A program made the translations under genes and the position numbers. Shown here piece by piece: positions 34,900 to 47,481 of a stretch of DNA of 64,000 nt. This stretch comes from Psammoneis japonica. Its lineage: Eukaryota. Below the pieces are notes generated by a model that searched no databases, was not told the origin of the DNA, and saw nothing but the letters and a program-made list of their open reading frames with translations. The stretch covers positions 1 to 64,000 of the forward strand of contig QPGO01000211.1 in assembly GCA_008632985.1 (NCBI GenBank), in the 5' to 3' direction. Position 1 is the first letter of the stretch. Every line of letters begins with the position of its first letter.

Positions 34900-37800
34900 A
34901 GTGCACCAAGTTGACGATAATTCAAAAACAAAAACCGGCCTTGTCGTAGAACAAAAACAAAAACACCCCTTACACACATTTCCACACCAAACCACGCATG
35001 TGCATGTGGGGAGCCACAAGCCAACAATGCCGGCTTCAGTCGACAGCAGCAAAAACAAAATGGGCAAGACACACAATGGCGCGTTTGAATCCATTTGTGA
35101 CGGCAATTGTCAATCAATCATGACGCAAGTCAATGCAGTCATGGCTGCTCAGTCAAGGCAAGCCCAGAACCAAGTCCAGATGGCTGAGGCGATCTCTCAG
35201 ACGCTAACTGCGGAAGCTAGAGACAAGATCATCGCCAAGAGTGAGCAATGCAAGATCAACAACATACAAGTTGGTGCACTGTTCTTCAAGTTACTCACCC
35301 AGAAGGCCATCGTGGACACTCGCTCAACTGCAAACTGCTTCGGCAAGAACTTGTCCAGCCTTGACTTGCACATGTCAACCTGCAACTCAAACATCAAAGA
35401 GTTCAACAAGTGTGTCAAACTCAACCATGATGGCCTCAGAGCTGGGGGAGAAGGCTGCGATGACCCAGTCATCAACCCATTCAAAGGTTACGCAGCAGCT
35501 GGCAACCAAGCATTCATCAAGTGCATGGCTGACATTGAACAGAAGTGTGACGATGGTGAGGACCACACTCCGGAACAAGTCATGCAACTGGCTCTCAACA
35601 AGTGCACCAATCTTGATCAAGCAGAGAACTGGGGAGCACTCTCTCCAGAGCAAGAAAGGATTGTTGCACTCACCGCGGAAGTCAAAACCATCAAGGACCA
35701 CAACCTCAAGCTCTCCAAGGCTCTCAAGAGCACTCCTGACAAGTCCAAGGGAGGTGGCGGCAAGCAGAACTCCAAGAACAAGAGCAAGAACCCAAAGCGT
35801 GCCAAGAAACAGGACAAAGCCTGGAAGAAGACTCTGCCAAAGGACAGCAACCCCACAAAGACTGTCAATGGTCACAAGTGTCACCACAAGAGTCAGAAGG
35901 GATGCGCCTGCCATTGGTGCAAGTGCCACTCTGCTTGGGTGGCTCACTTGCCTGATGATCCGGGAGACAAAGGCTGTCAACTTCGCAAAGCTCAAGAATC
36001 TGAGAGCCGCTCATCCAACTCCAACAAGAAGGCATCCTGCACAAATGCTCTGGCCTCAATCATCAAGGACCTGGAGTCCAAGGAATGACTGATCCAGGAA
36101 GCATTCTGGACACAGGTGTTCTGCATGAAGGTGGCCCTCATCACGTTCACAATTGCCCTGGTCACCACGAGCTTCGTAGACACGATGACCCACTGTTGGT
36201 GCTCACAGTGTTCACGGCACTCAACCCACCAGAGAACAAGTGGAAAAGTGCATCCAAGTGAGCAATGACGTTGGGTGAGTGGATTGTTTCACAAATCCCA
36301 GCTGACGGCATGACTGGCAGATGCAAACCAAGGTGAAACAAGAGTCAACACTCACCGCGATGCATCACTCCCAAGAAGAAAGGCCATCCCACTCAAGTGG
36401 CACACAAAAGGCTCAATGCAAGATCACCTTTCACAAGACAGTCTACGCCAACTCCTCAACCACCACGACGCCATTCAAACAAGAGCTGAGGTTGGAACCA
36501 GCATCTTGTCCATGCAACCTGCACAATGTCGAATGACAGACCACACTTTGTCGGCAACGTCCTGCAAACAAGCAGATCAAAGGAGCAGGCAGATGGTTAG
36601 ATGCAGAAGGAGAAGGCACACTCAAGTGGTGCACCAAGGATGATGACGGACAGGTGCACATGATCACCATCTACGACGCACTGCATGTTCCCAACTCACC
36701 CATTTGCCTCCTCTGCCCTCAGCAATGGAGCCGTCAAGCACAGGATCATCACCCTGAACCACATGGAACAACTTCCTGGAACCAAGACAATGGTCTCCTG
36801 CTCATGTGGGATCAAAGGAAGCACACAAAGCTGGTCCCTTGGACCAACAATTCCAACGTTGCATGCTTCCGTTCCACACCCGGTGCTGCTGACTGCCGGG
36901 CATTTGCCTTTGCAGTGGATGCTGATGACAATGTTGAGACTGTTGAGCACGCAGCCCATCAGACGCACGTGACATCCACAGATGACAAAAGTGACTCAGA
37001 GTCCATGGATGCTGCAAATGACAAAGATGCCTTCACAAGTCCTGACGAGACAGGTCCTGACGAGACCCAAGGCACACGCAACAATGTTGATGAGGAAGTG
37101 CCACTGTTGTTCAAACCGATGGATGCTGCACACAGATCCAACTCACCTGATGAGAACCTCAAGGATCTGGTGACCCCAGAAGTCCAAACCTGCCTGCAAG
37201 ACCCCATCAAAGTCATCCCTGATGATGATGCCCTGGCGGCCACCGACAACCAAGCTGGCAGCTCCCAAAAGTCTGCCCGACGTAGATGCCCATAGACTTG
37301 CACTGGTTTTTCGTCAAAAGTCTGCCCGTTTGGAGTGCAGCTTCTGCACAATTTTTGCACCAGTGTGTCTCATGAACCGTGGACTTTTCTACGTGATTTT
37401 TTGTGCAGAATTCGTGCAACAGAAATCAAACCGAACATCTCACGAGGCAGCGGCCTTTTTGGGATTTGTTGTGCACACAATGCACCAGATTCTCGCATGT
37501 GGACACAAAGGTGGAAAAGACAAACAAACACACTGGGAACTTCAGCGAAATTCTACGTGCAATCGGGCAGACTTTTGTTGTGGGCAAACTTTTGGGAGCT
37601 GCCAGCAAGGTGAATTGTTGCGTTGGCACTGCTGTCTTGGACACCAATCATTCAAAATGACAAAGCTCCTGGCTGTGTTGGGTGTCCTCCTGCGACACCT
37701 CCTGAAGGTCAAGAAACCCAAATGTGCTGGCTGCCTCTGTGGCGCCATGACCAAACGCCCTTGGTGCACCAAGTCCAAATGGAGGTCAAACATGCATGTC

Positions 37801-38850
37801 GCTGCAAAGCCAGGGGAGGTCATGTCGGCAGATCAACTCAAAAGCTTGACCCCAGGCTTTGTCCCTCAACTCAAAGGGAGACCTGCAAAACAGCAATGCA
37901 GAGCAGCAACAGTGTTTGTTGATCACCATTCAAAACTGGGATGTGTGTTCCTGCAACGATCACTTGCCTCCAAAGAAACCCTGAAGGCCAAGCATGCTTT
38001 CAAAGCCTTTGCGAGACGACATCATGTCCAAATCAAACACTGCCATGCCAACAACGGTCAAGTTGCTGACAATGCTTTCACACAAGACGTTGAGAAACAG
38101 GGTCAGACAATGTCATGCTGTGGCATCAACACCCACTTTCAAAATGGCATTGCCGAGAAGCGAATCCGCAACCTGCAAGAACAGACTCACAAGCAGCTGC
38201 TGCACGCAAAAGCAAGATGGCCAACAGCCATCATTGAGATTAATCTCTGGCCAAGTGCACTGCACAATTCCAATGAGCTCAAGAACAACTCACGCAGCCA
38301 TGAAGATGGCAGCTCGCCAATCAAATGATTCGCCTCCATCAAAGTTGCTCCAAATCTCAAGCAACACCACACTTTTGGATGCCCAGTCTACGCACTGGAC
38401 AACTGACTGCAGAGTGGACAGAGAGCACCTGAGTGGCAATCAAGAGCAAGGTCAGGAATCAACTTGGGACCATCACCAAGACACACTGGATCAGTCAACA
38501 CAGTGCTCAATCTTGAGACGGGACTTGCCTCACCGCAGTTTCACGTCCAATTCACAATGACTTCTTTGAAACAGTGGGCCCTTCAGCAGGGAATGCACCG
38601 GCTTTCTTGCAATGGCAAACCGCACCAGGACTCAAGAAACAAAGAACATCAAGATTCAACATCTTCAAGACCCAAAAGGAAGTGAGGGAGCCATGCTCCA
38701 CTGTGCCAGTGCAGACCACTTTGGCGCCAGAACCCGATGTTCCGCAACAACTCAAAGATGAGCATTTTCCTGTTGTGGAGGACAAGATGCCAGAACCAGC
38801 AGGAGATGCACCAACTGAAGACACTCAGGAGATGGCAGTGTGTTGGAGCA
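34900..38850 (+). mobile_element. Diatom Ty1/copia (CoDi-like) retrotransposon remnant: gag, protease region, GAG-pre-integrase and integrase; RT absent
   Basis: Gag with WCxxHxxWxxH...C knuckle; GEGTLKW...DALHVPNSPICLLCPQQW; LLRWH..LGH...CAGC; SADQLKS, ATVFVDH, HFQNGIAEKRIR, GPSPRH...LETGLASPQFHV. Confidence 0.9.
37255..37605. mobile_element. 351-bp MITE inserted in the copia pol region
   Basis: 24-bp TIR ctggcagctcccaaaagt(c/t)tgccc; 4-bp TSD CAAG at 37251-37254 and 37606-37609; removing it restores D-N-Q-G-E-L-L-R-W-H. Confidence 0.9.
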
Positions 38851-38899
38851 TCTAAAATGAGTGGGGCAATGTCCGGAACCCAGAGCTGTTGAAGAGAAG

Positions 38900-41700
38900 A
38901 TGCTTCAACTTCTGAAATTGCATTGTGGTGTCAGCAGGTGCCTGTTGTGTTGTTGGATTGAAGTTTGTTGAGGACTTCCAGGCAAACCACGGCCACCACA
39001 GCAACCAGGGCAAGTGCAACAAGTCACGCAGGAAACCTCACAGGATTCCCTTTTGGTGACATTGACTTGTTGTTGGTTTGACACTTGGCGTCAGATTCAC
39101 CATGGGAGGCAGAGTCAGATTTCACAATGGCACTGGTGTGGGAGGCATTGTTGGAATTGGTGCAGGAGGCAGAGTTGGTTTTGGCAATGGCAGTGGTGTC
39201 AGATCAATGGCAGAGGCCTGTGCAGAGTGGGTTTGAATGATGCCTGTGGCATGGGAGGCAATGATGGAATTGGCATTGGATGGAGAGACAGCTTTGGGGA
39301 TGGAGGTGGTGCAGAGTCAATTGTGGGAGGCGGAGTGGGTTGTGATTGCAACTGTGGTGTGTGGGAGGCAAAGACAGATTGGACGTCGGAGGAAGAGATG
39401 GTGGTGTCAGCAACAGAGGTGGTGTGGGGTCAGCTGCAGGAGGTGCAGTGGGTCTCAATGATGGGTTTGGCATCAGAGGCAGAGATGGCTTTGACAATGG
39501 AGGTGGTGTGGGGTCAATTGCAGGAAGAGGCACAGTGGGTTTTGGTGACATGATGGCAAAGTTGGAGGTGCACCTGGGCCAGACATTGGAGGGACTGCTG
39601 TGGTCTCTGGTCTTAGAAACACAAGAGCAGTCTGCATGACAGCAGCAGTTGGTGGTGGTGCTTCTGGTGCATTTGTTGTCACAGCTGCCAATGGTGGTGT
39701 CAAGGTGCTTGGTGGCGGGGTGAAAGTTGCTGCAGGCAAAGATGTTGTTGCTGCCAGTGCAAGACTTTTTGGCTGTGAGGTGGTGCTTTGACTTGGGGGC
39801 AAACTTGTTGGAGCACTGCCAGGAGTCAGTGTTGAGTCTGTTGGTGGAGCAATGTTTGACTGTGGAGTGGAGGAGGGAGAAGTGGGCAAATTCATTAAAG
39901 TCCCCACTGGAGTTGGAGAAGCTGCTGATGTGAGACTGTTGGGTTGGGGTGTCAAGGACAGATGTGGCAGCAGACTCATTGGAGATCTGGCTGGTGCCAA
40001 CATTGAATCTGTTGAGAGCTGTTTGGCATTGACACAGAGGTGGGAGATGGTGGAGATTTCATCAGAGGTTTGCCTGGAGTTGGGGCAGAGCCTGCAATTG
40101 GTGCCAATGCATTTGGCTTGGGTGCAGAGGATGGACAAGAACAAGGTGAATTCATTGGGAGTGGTTGGCCAGGCGACTGCTGGTTCAGATCCATTGGTGC
40201 TCTGACAATTTCAACAATGGACCCATTGGAGTCAATTGTGTGCAGCTCAGAAGTCACTGGGAACTCTTCAATCCCAATGTTGAGGAGCCACAGAGTCAAA
40301 ACTGTCTAAAACTTGGCTGCAGAAAATGATGTGAACTGCATTTTGATTTCTTCATTTCTCCTGTGAAGCTCATCTTCTGGGTGTGGCTTTTGCAAACAAA
40401 CAAGCCCTTCTCTTCACCAACTGATTCACTCATCTTGCTGTCAATCCCAGAGCCAAACACATGGGTTCAATTGAAGGGAACCCAGCATTGCACACAATTT
40501 TTGCTGTCCAACTGGCATCCATGAACAGCGCCATTCTGTTTCCACACAAGAGCAGCTCACAGTTTGCAAGCTAAACATTGCTGATGGATTGCCCTGTGCA
40601 TGTCTCTCAGCCTCCTGACATGTTGTTGTGCACTTCTTTGAATGTTGTTTCTGTCAGCTCTCTTTCTTCAAGCACAAATGGCCTTGCAGGTCATTCAAGG
40701 CAACATGATGCATGGCACTGATGTTGAGTTTGGTTTACATCACATTGCAACCCTTCCAATGAAGCAAGGCTTGAAGAGCTGTTTTTGTTCTCAGTTGCAA
40801 GAACCGCCCCTGATGTGACAGAGGCAGCAACAAGAACAGCCATCACAGCCACTGCTGATGCAATGGCTGCACCCATTCCTGTGCCCAGGCCAGTGGCTGT
40901 TGCTGCTCCAACTGTCATGGCCACTGTTGCACCAGCTGCCACAGCAGCTGCATTTGCCACAGCCTGAGTGGCCATTTCTTGCTGGTGAGCAACCACTTGT
41001 GCGCTGCAGCACAGAAATGGGACAATGACTGTGGGTCAGTTAAAGAATTGCTCAAATTAATCACAACAATGCACACACACATTGAACAAGCAACTTGTGC
41101 TGGCAGCACAGCTCCAGCTCCTCCTCCTCCTCCCTGTTCTTCTTGTGGTGCCACCATGCTTGAGGGGCACCCTTTCCATCTAACCCACACCAGCATCGTT
41201 GTCATCATCTGTTTTGTTGATGCTCTTTTTCAATTTTGTTGCTGCATGACTGACCATTCCCAAACCAGCCATGCCGGCAGTTGCAAAAAGAACCTTCCGT
41301 TTCATGTCGCTGCTGTCTTCTTCTTCCATGCTGGTGTGTTGCCATCATTGCTCTTGGCATTTGAATTTGATGTGCTGCCATCAGAGCTTCTGTCATGGCA
41401 GGCAGCAAAAACAAAAAGATCTAGAAAGACCAAAATGTTGAACACAAGCACACGTCATGAAGCAGCAAAAGGCAACATTTGGTTGGGTGGATGGACTCAC
41501 ACCGCACTTGCCAAATCTTGTTCTGAACCTTGTGGCATCAGAACCTTCATGGCTGCTTTCTTCAGAAGAGGAGTCATTCTTCATGCTGATGAATGCTGCA
41601 AATGCTTAACAACACTGGCAATTGATGTTTTTGGGCAGGTGTTTTGCTCTTGTTGTGACAGAAGCATCATCCAAAATGGTGCTTTTTGATTTTCTGTGAC
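38900..41700 (-). pseudogene. Decayed Pro/Thr/Ser-rich (mucin/PT-repeat) surface-protein gene with an Ala-rich TM segment
   Basis: PTxxPT-rich fragments (39200-40150); AAAVAAGATVAMTVGAATATGLGTGMGAAIASAVAVMAVLV; many stops; TA-depleted. Confidence 0.5.
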
Positions 41701-42486
41701 TTTGCTTCATTCACAAGTGGAAGTAAAAAGTCGCCAGCCAGCCAACTCCGTGACACCTCCTTGCATGACTTGTCAACGTGATTCACAGCTTAAAATTTGC
41801 ACAAAAGTGTGCTACAAAGTTGTGGAATTTGAATTCTATGTCCAGCTGCTAATTGGAAAGGCAACAGATAATCATTGCTCCAAAATTCAAAATTCTCAAA
41901 TCGGGTGCGCGCCATCTTTTTTGTCACAATGCACAGCACAAACAAACGCCAACACCACATCTAACAATCAACAACGCGCAGCAAGCACAGCAAACATCGC
42001 CCAAAAACATTGGCAGCCACCATGGACTTTGACGATCCCGCTTCTTTTACTCTCATCAGTCGCTCCAACAGGTGCCCAACAATCAAGACATTGACAACGA
42101 CACTGCAACTCCCGCTCCAACAGACGAGTCGGCTGTCGACGGCAATGCCGCATAACGTCACTTTCGCGAATTTCTTCGCAACTGCCGCCAGGGCCCTAAC
42201 CGTCACTGGTGACGTGACCCTCTCTTGAAAATGCATCGCAGAGAAGTGCAATAACGGAATCAGAGCCGTCTCTTGAAGAGAATCAAGTGGTTGTTGCAAT
42301 AATTGTGTAGCTCTGACTCATAAAGTACAGTTTGTGGCTTGCATTTAGTTCACAGAAATATGACGGTCGCGTATCTCTAGGGCTAAACACTATTCAAACG
42401 ACCTTTTGTTCGTCTGGTAATGCAGAACGGCCAAGGGGCATTCGTGTCAACATGGAAAAATGGTAAACTATGCCTTATCACAGTTC

Positions 42487-43832
42487 TCACCCCGGGTCGA
42501 GAATAAGCGGAAAGGGTGCATTCTCCTGCTCTACCATGCGTGCCGTGAGTTCTGCACCATATTGAAATGCCACAAAACACAAAGCGGCTGGACCAGAAGC
42601 ACCCAGGACTGTTCTTAGTCTGGGTGGCGGAGGAAGCCTGTTGTGCAGGAACGGATTCAATAATGATCTTACGACTCGATTCTTTGTCATTGCTGGAGCC
42701 ATTACCTGTACGGATGCTGTGTCTGATTTTTGTCGCTTCCAATGGCTTGTATAATGTCCAACGACGTGATGAACTTGCCCCGCAAATCCACCCGCCAAAA
42801 AGGCAGCAGTGAGAGTCACCGGGGTAACATCCAGCGCATCCTCCGTTGCTGCTTGTTTGTTCTTTTGCTTTTCTTTCCTGATTAAATTGTACCGTTCTAA
42901 CTCATCAAAAATGATTGGAACCCATTTGGACCCAGACAAGAGATAGTCGTGAAATTCTTGCAGTAGCAGTCGCCGAAAGGATTCAAAACACCCAAAGAGG
43001 CATGCATAACCCACCACATGATGAATGGTTCTACGAAACAAAAATCTCGTGTCAAGGTGCTGCTGTACCCATTTTCGATCCTTCAGGTTTCTGAACGGCA
43101 CATGGGCTAGCACCTCCCATGTCGTCATGACGGCGGATTGAGCAATGCCCGCACAGGCTCCAGCTTTGAAATGCGCCGACAAAGGTATCATCATGTCGTC
43201 TTGCGGTTGGTGGTGCGTCTCGTCGTGTTTTGCTGTTTTTTCTTTTGCAATACACTTTGCACAATGACGATCTACATTAAACTCATACATTCCAAATACC
43301 GTAACACCGAGAGCAACGTTCTTCGCCAAGGCTGATCACAGAGACCGAGAGTGTGAGATACAAGTTGAAACTTCGAAAGAACTACAGTAGGACTACTGTA
43401 GCCCTATATTGCTACGATCATCGCGACAGTAGTTCAACTCACATTCTGCTTGTCTCAAAATTGGATGGCCTTTGGGTGTGTGCTTCGCTGTAGTCACAGC
43501 AACAGAAGACCCAGCTGTTCGGCTTCCTAACGTAAGAAATGCTTTCTTTCTTACAAAGCCCAGCACAGCATTTTTCTTTAACGCAATCAACGCGGCTATT
43601 GTTATCAAAAGCAGAATGGATGCAAAATATGCGGCATGGGATGTTGCAAGTCGATAACAACCATTCCGACTTGTGTATAGGCTAAACACTACTTACCTTT
43701 TGCAGCACCCGCAAACAACATGGCCAAGGAAGTTGTTGTACGTAAGTCTTCTGAAACTACGGGTTGATGCGCGGGTTTGCGTTTCTTCTCTTTGACCGCC
43801 GTCAACAGCGGCTCCATGTTACGTCCGTCCAT
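42487..43832 (-). CDS. Divergent mitochondrial-carrier-like membrane protein, multi-exon
   Basis: AHFKAGACAGIAQSAVMTTWE, GYACLFGCFE and AAFLAGGFAG helix motifs; upstream exons with a GT donor at ~43696; exon limits approximate. Confidence 0.55.
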
Positions 43833-44000
43833 CTTTTTTGTTGTGTTTTCTAGCCTCGACAATCAATATTCAAAACGGCAAAACGACGAAACACAATGAT
43901 GCGTCTGATCTCAGTTTTGCCTTTCTCATCGTTCAATTACCATCAAAAGCCATCGTCACCTGCTGCGAGAGTAAAAAAAAAAACACGTATAAACCGCAAA

Positions 44001-45510
44001 CCGCGATCTTTTGCGTGTCGTCACGCGTTTGTCGCGCGCGCGGTGCGCGCACCTTTTGGGCAGATAAAGCAGGTGAATCTAAACCAGATAGATCTCACCA
44101 GAACGCGCAAGAAGAAAAAAGAATGGTGTTGAAAAAGTGAGAACCAAAACGAAAAAACGGGAAAACAACAACAATGTGGATGATCGCATTGCTTGAAAAC
44201 CGATGAAAAATCATTTAAGTGTTCATGATCGAATCGAACATAAAAAGGTCACCTGGAACTGGAGGAGGACAGAGCATGTGTCTGCCGCAGCCAAGGCACA
44301 GCCAGCAGCTTCCAACAGAGCTCCCCAGCTTCCAACATGATTCTCCCATGTGTCCAACAGAACTGAGGATGCGCGGAGGACCCTGACTATCTCTCTGCCC
44401 CTCTGCAAGAAAGATGAAAAGATTGGACAAATCAACAAAGCCCAGCAGCTTGGAGTTTTTTGTCAGCCTCTCTTTCTTGCCCCAGCTGACACACCACCTG
44501 CTCCTGATCGATTGCGGCACATCCACGCTGACACACCACCTGCTCCTGATCGATTGTGGCACATCCATCAACTGCGTCGTTGCAACACTGTAATCAACAA
44601 TGCACAGCAATGCTTGCACCGCGATCTTTTGCGTCATCGTTCGTCGTCGCGTCCGTCGCGCGCGCGCCTTTTGGGCAGACAAAGCAGGTGCATCTAAACC
44701 AGATTGGATCTCACCAGAACATGCAAAAAGAATGGTGTTGAAAAAGTGAGAACCAAAACAAAAAAATGGGAAAACAACAACAACAGCAACAATGTAGATG
44801 ATCACATTGTTGGAGGCATTCATCAAGACTTTGGGTGAAACTGTGGGCAAGCAGCAAAAATTGTGAATGAGAACAGCTCACACCACCAGCAGCTCACTCT
44901 CCTCTCTCGTCCCTGAAACAAAAAAGGCTGCACAACGACCCTCCATCTCCAAGCAAGCAAGGCCAGCAGCCAGACTCTCAAGATGTTTCTGCATGTTTGT
45001 TTGGAAACACTGTGGCAGAAGAATTGGGCAGTGGTGCGTGCCACCTTTGTGGTGTGCCTTGCGCACATGACGCTGGGTGTGGCGCGCTCTTGGTTGCATC
45101 ACATGTGTTGATGATGTTTTGTGTGAGATGAGAAAAGACTGGCTTTGACATCCCTTGCTGGAGTGCTGCCACATGGAGAGATGGAGGCGGTGTGGCTCCC
45201 CTCATGGCACCTGGGCCGCACCCCCGCACATTGTGCGCCACAAGACCGCCGTGCCACACAGCCAAGAAGGTGCGCCCCCCCCCAGCAGCAGCAGCCTCCA
45301 ACAGAGCTTCCCAGATCCCAACATGATTCTCCCATGTGTCCACCAGAACTGAGGATGTTTGGAGGACCGTGACTGTCTCTCTGCCCCTCTGCAAGAAAGA
45401 TGAAAAGATTGGACAAATCAACAAGGCCGAGCAGCTTGGAGCTTTTGTCAGCCTCCTTTTTTGCCCCAGCTGATGTGCCACATGCTCCTGATCGATTGTG
45501 GCACGTCCAT
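44001..45510. repeat. Patchwork of local duplications: 44001-44185 matches 44619-44810; ~44300-44525 matches ~45285-45510; 42-bp tandem at 44485-44568
   Basis: Copies aligned by eye; TA-depleted; probably remnants of one non-autonomous repeat family. Confidence 0.85.
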
Positions 45511-45896
45511 GCGAGATGTGAGAGGAGAGAGGAGGTGTGTGTGCAATGTCGTTTGTCTGGCAGCACATTTTGTGTTGATTGGTCCAATCTTCCGCGGGTT
45601 GGGGCTTTCAACCGCTCGTGACTTCCGACCATGAAGCGCGACCAAAGTTTCACGACATGACGTCATCTGTCCGTTGGATTTAAGATTTTTGGCAGTCACG
45701 TTTGCAACACACACAAAGAAAGGAAGATGGCGGCAAACGTGTTCTGTTCTATCGCTTTGTGTCAATTGTATGACAGAACATGACTTGGACGTTTCAATAC
45801 AATGATTTTCAATCCATATGTTGCCCATGTGGAGGTCCTTTATCATCAATCAATCCCGCAAAATCGATCCCCAATCGAGAGAACTCTTTCTTGAAA

Positions 45897-47398
45897 ATGG
45901 GACCACACTCTCACATTGACTTACTCCTACTGGACGACGATATTGTATCAGGCGATATATTTTGCATACATAAGCACTCTGGAATCATGATTGATGTTTT
46001 GGATACCTATCATAGCTGTGTGCATCCAGATGAGATATCCGATGACGAAGCGGAAGAGAATGACAACATCATAGATTGGTCTCCGATTGCAGTACAGAAG
46101 TTGTGCATGGGCAGTCGACGACTACGTGCCGAGGCCCTTCTAACGGCCTTTGAAACACCAAAGCCAATGCTTGAACAGCATAATGTACAAGTAGAATGCC
46201 ATGAGTTTGGAGAGAACCCCGTTGATGCCATGACCGTCGCGCAACACGATCTGTGGGGCCAAGTCCGCAACACTGTTCGAAGTGACACAGTTATTGTTGC
46301 TGTGGAGGTAAGAGAAACTGCGATCATTTTCTTGGATAACATGACCGATCTTTGTAACCAAAGCATGCTTTGTTGGCGCGCTATCGTAGGCATCTGCAAT
46401 TTGTGAAAATGACATCTTTGTTCAACAAGGAATGCTGAACGAGGATGTTCCTCTTCCTTTTGTTCCTGGATGTAACTTTGTGGGTATTATTCATTACAGC
46501 GGCCCCGATGCGCAAGAGAATTTTGGGTTCAAACAGGGTGATCGCGTTGCATCCATCACCAAGTTTGGTGGCAATGCGAAATACGTGTCGGTGGCAGCTG
46601 ATAAGCTTGTTCACGTCCCTAAACGAGTAGATCCGCCCGAGGTTGCAGCCGTCCTTACAACGTATCTTCCAGCTTTTCAGGCTCTGCAACATGGTTGCAT
46701 AAAGAGGAGTCGATATTCTCCATCTAGCCTTGACAACAAAAAGGTTCTAGTGACGGACGGACTCAGTGCCGAGGGCCAGGCTGCGATACGAATGGCATTT
46801 TGGTCCGGGGCGTCCGCGGTATATGCAGTAGGGAAGAAAAAGAACCACCGTATGCTAAAGAGCTTGGGTGCGATACCACTTTTAGATCATCCGGATGATT
46901 GGCTTCCAAGAGTGGAGGGTAAAATGGATGTGGTTCTTCATTTTGAATTTCCTGTGAATTTGGATGACGCCAGGGCAGCCATGAAGCGAAAGGGACGATT
47001 GGTGTGTTTCGCCAAGCCCTCCACTGAGAAAGACCCGGGGTTCAGTTGGATACATGGAATCCAGTTATTTGTGGAGCAGTCGTCTCTCTCCATGATTAAG
47101 AGGGCATCACTGTATGATCCTCTCTTTAGTTTCAAATCGTTTCCCGAGCAGTTCAAGGTATACCCTGAAATGGAAACTCATCCTACAGAATGCCACGCCA
47201 TGCGGCATCTCACACTGATTTGCTTGTCATTCCTCTTTGCAGAGAGACCTAAAGTTCTTGCTGGCGTTATTATTAAAGCGACAAATTCGTCCGAAGATTG
47301 ACAGATTCATTCCTTTATCTGGGGTTGCAGACGCGTACAATGAAATACATGAGCGGATTGTGGACGGTTCCATTATTTGTGAACCATGGAAAGAATAG
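45897..47398 (+). CDS. MDR-family (quinone oxidoreductase/VAT1-like) oxidoreductase; introns 46308-46389 and 47158-47242
   Basis: PLPFVPGCNFVG, FKQGDRVASITKFGGNAKY, YLPAFQAL, KKVLVTDG; both introns in frame. Confidence 0.85.
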
Positions 47399-47481
47399 AC
47401 CTAATACGTTTCTCTCTTAGTCATTAGCAGAGGAAGCATTTATGCTAGCTTTCACCTTCTTCAGTGACAGCGACGGCCCAT

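Noticed and set aside
34900..38330. Alternative genetic code or RNA editing restoring Tyr
   Set aside because: Neighbouring genes use TAY for Tyr normally, and the element also carries stops, frameshifts and an insertion, so it is dead.
28400..38850. Joining the RT/RNase H remnant and the gag-integrase remnant into one copia element
   Set aside because: They are on opposite strands, in the wrong order and separated by unrelated elements, so they are treated as two insertions.
20550..42000. Classical fungal-type RIP, or CpG deamination alone, as the explanation
   Set aside because: RIP raises TpA and lowers CpA, the opposite of what is seen. CpG decay cannot turn Tyr codons into Cys or His.
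44485..44568. 42-bp repeats as a CRISPR-like array
   Set aside because: Only two adjacent units, no spacers, no cas genes, eukaryotic context.
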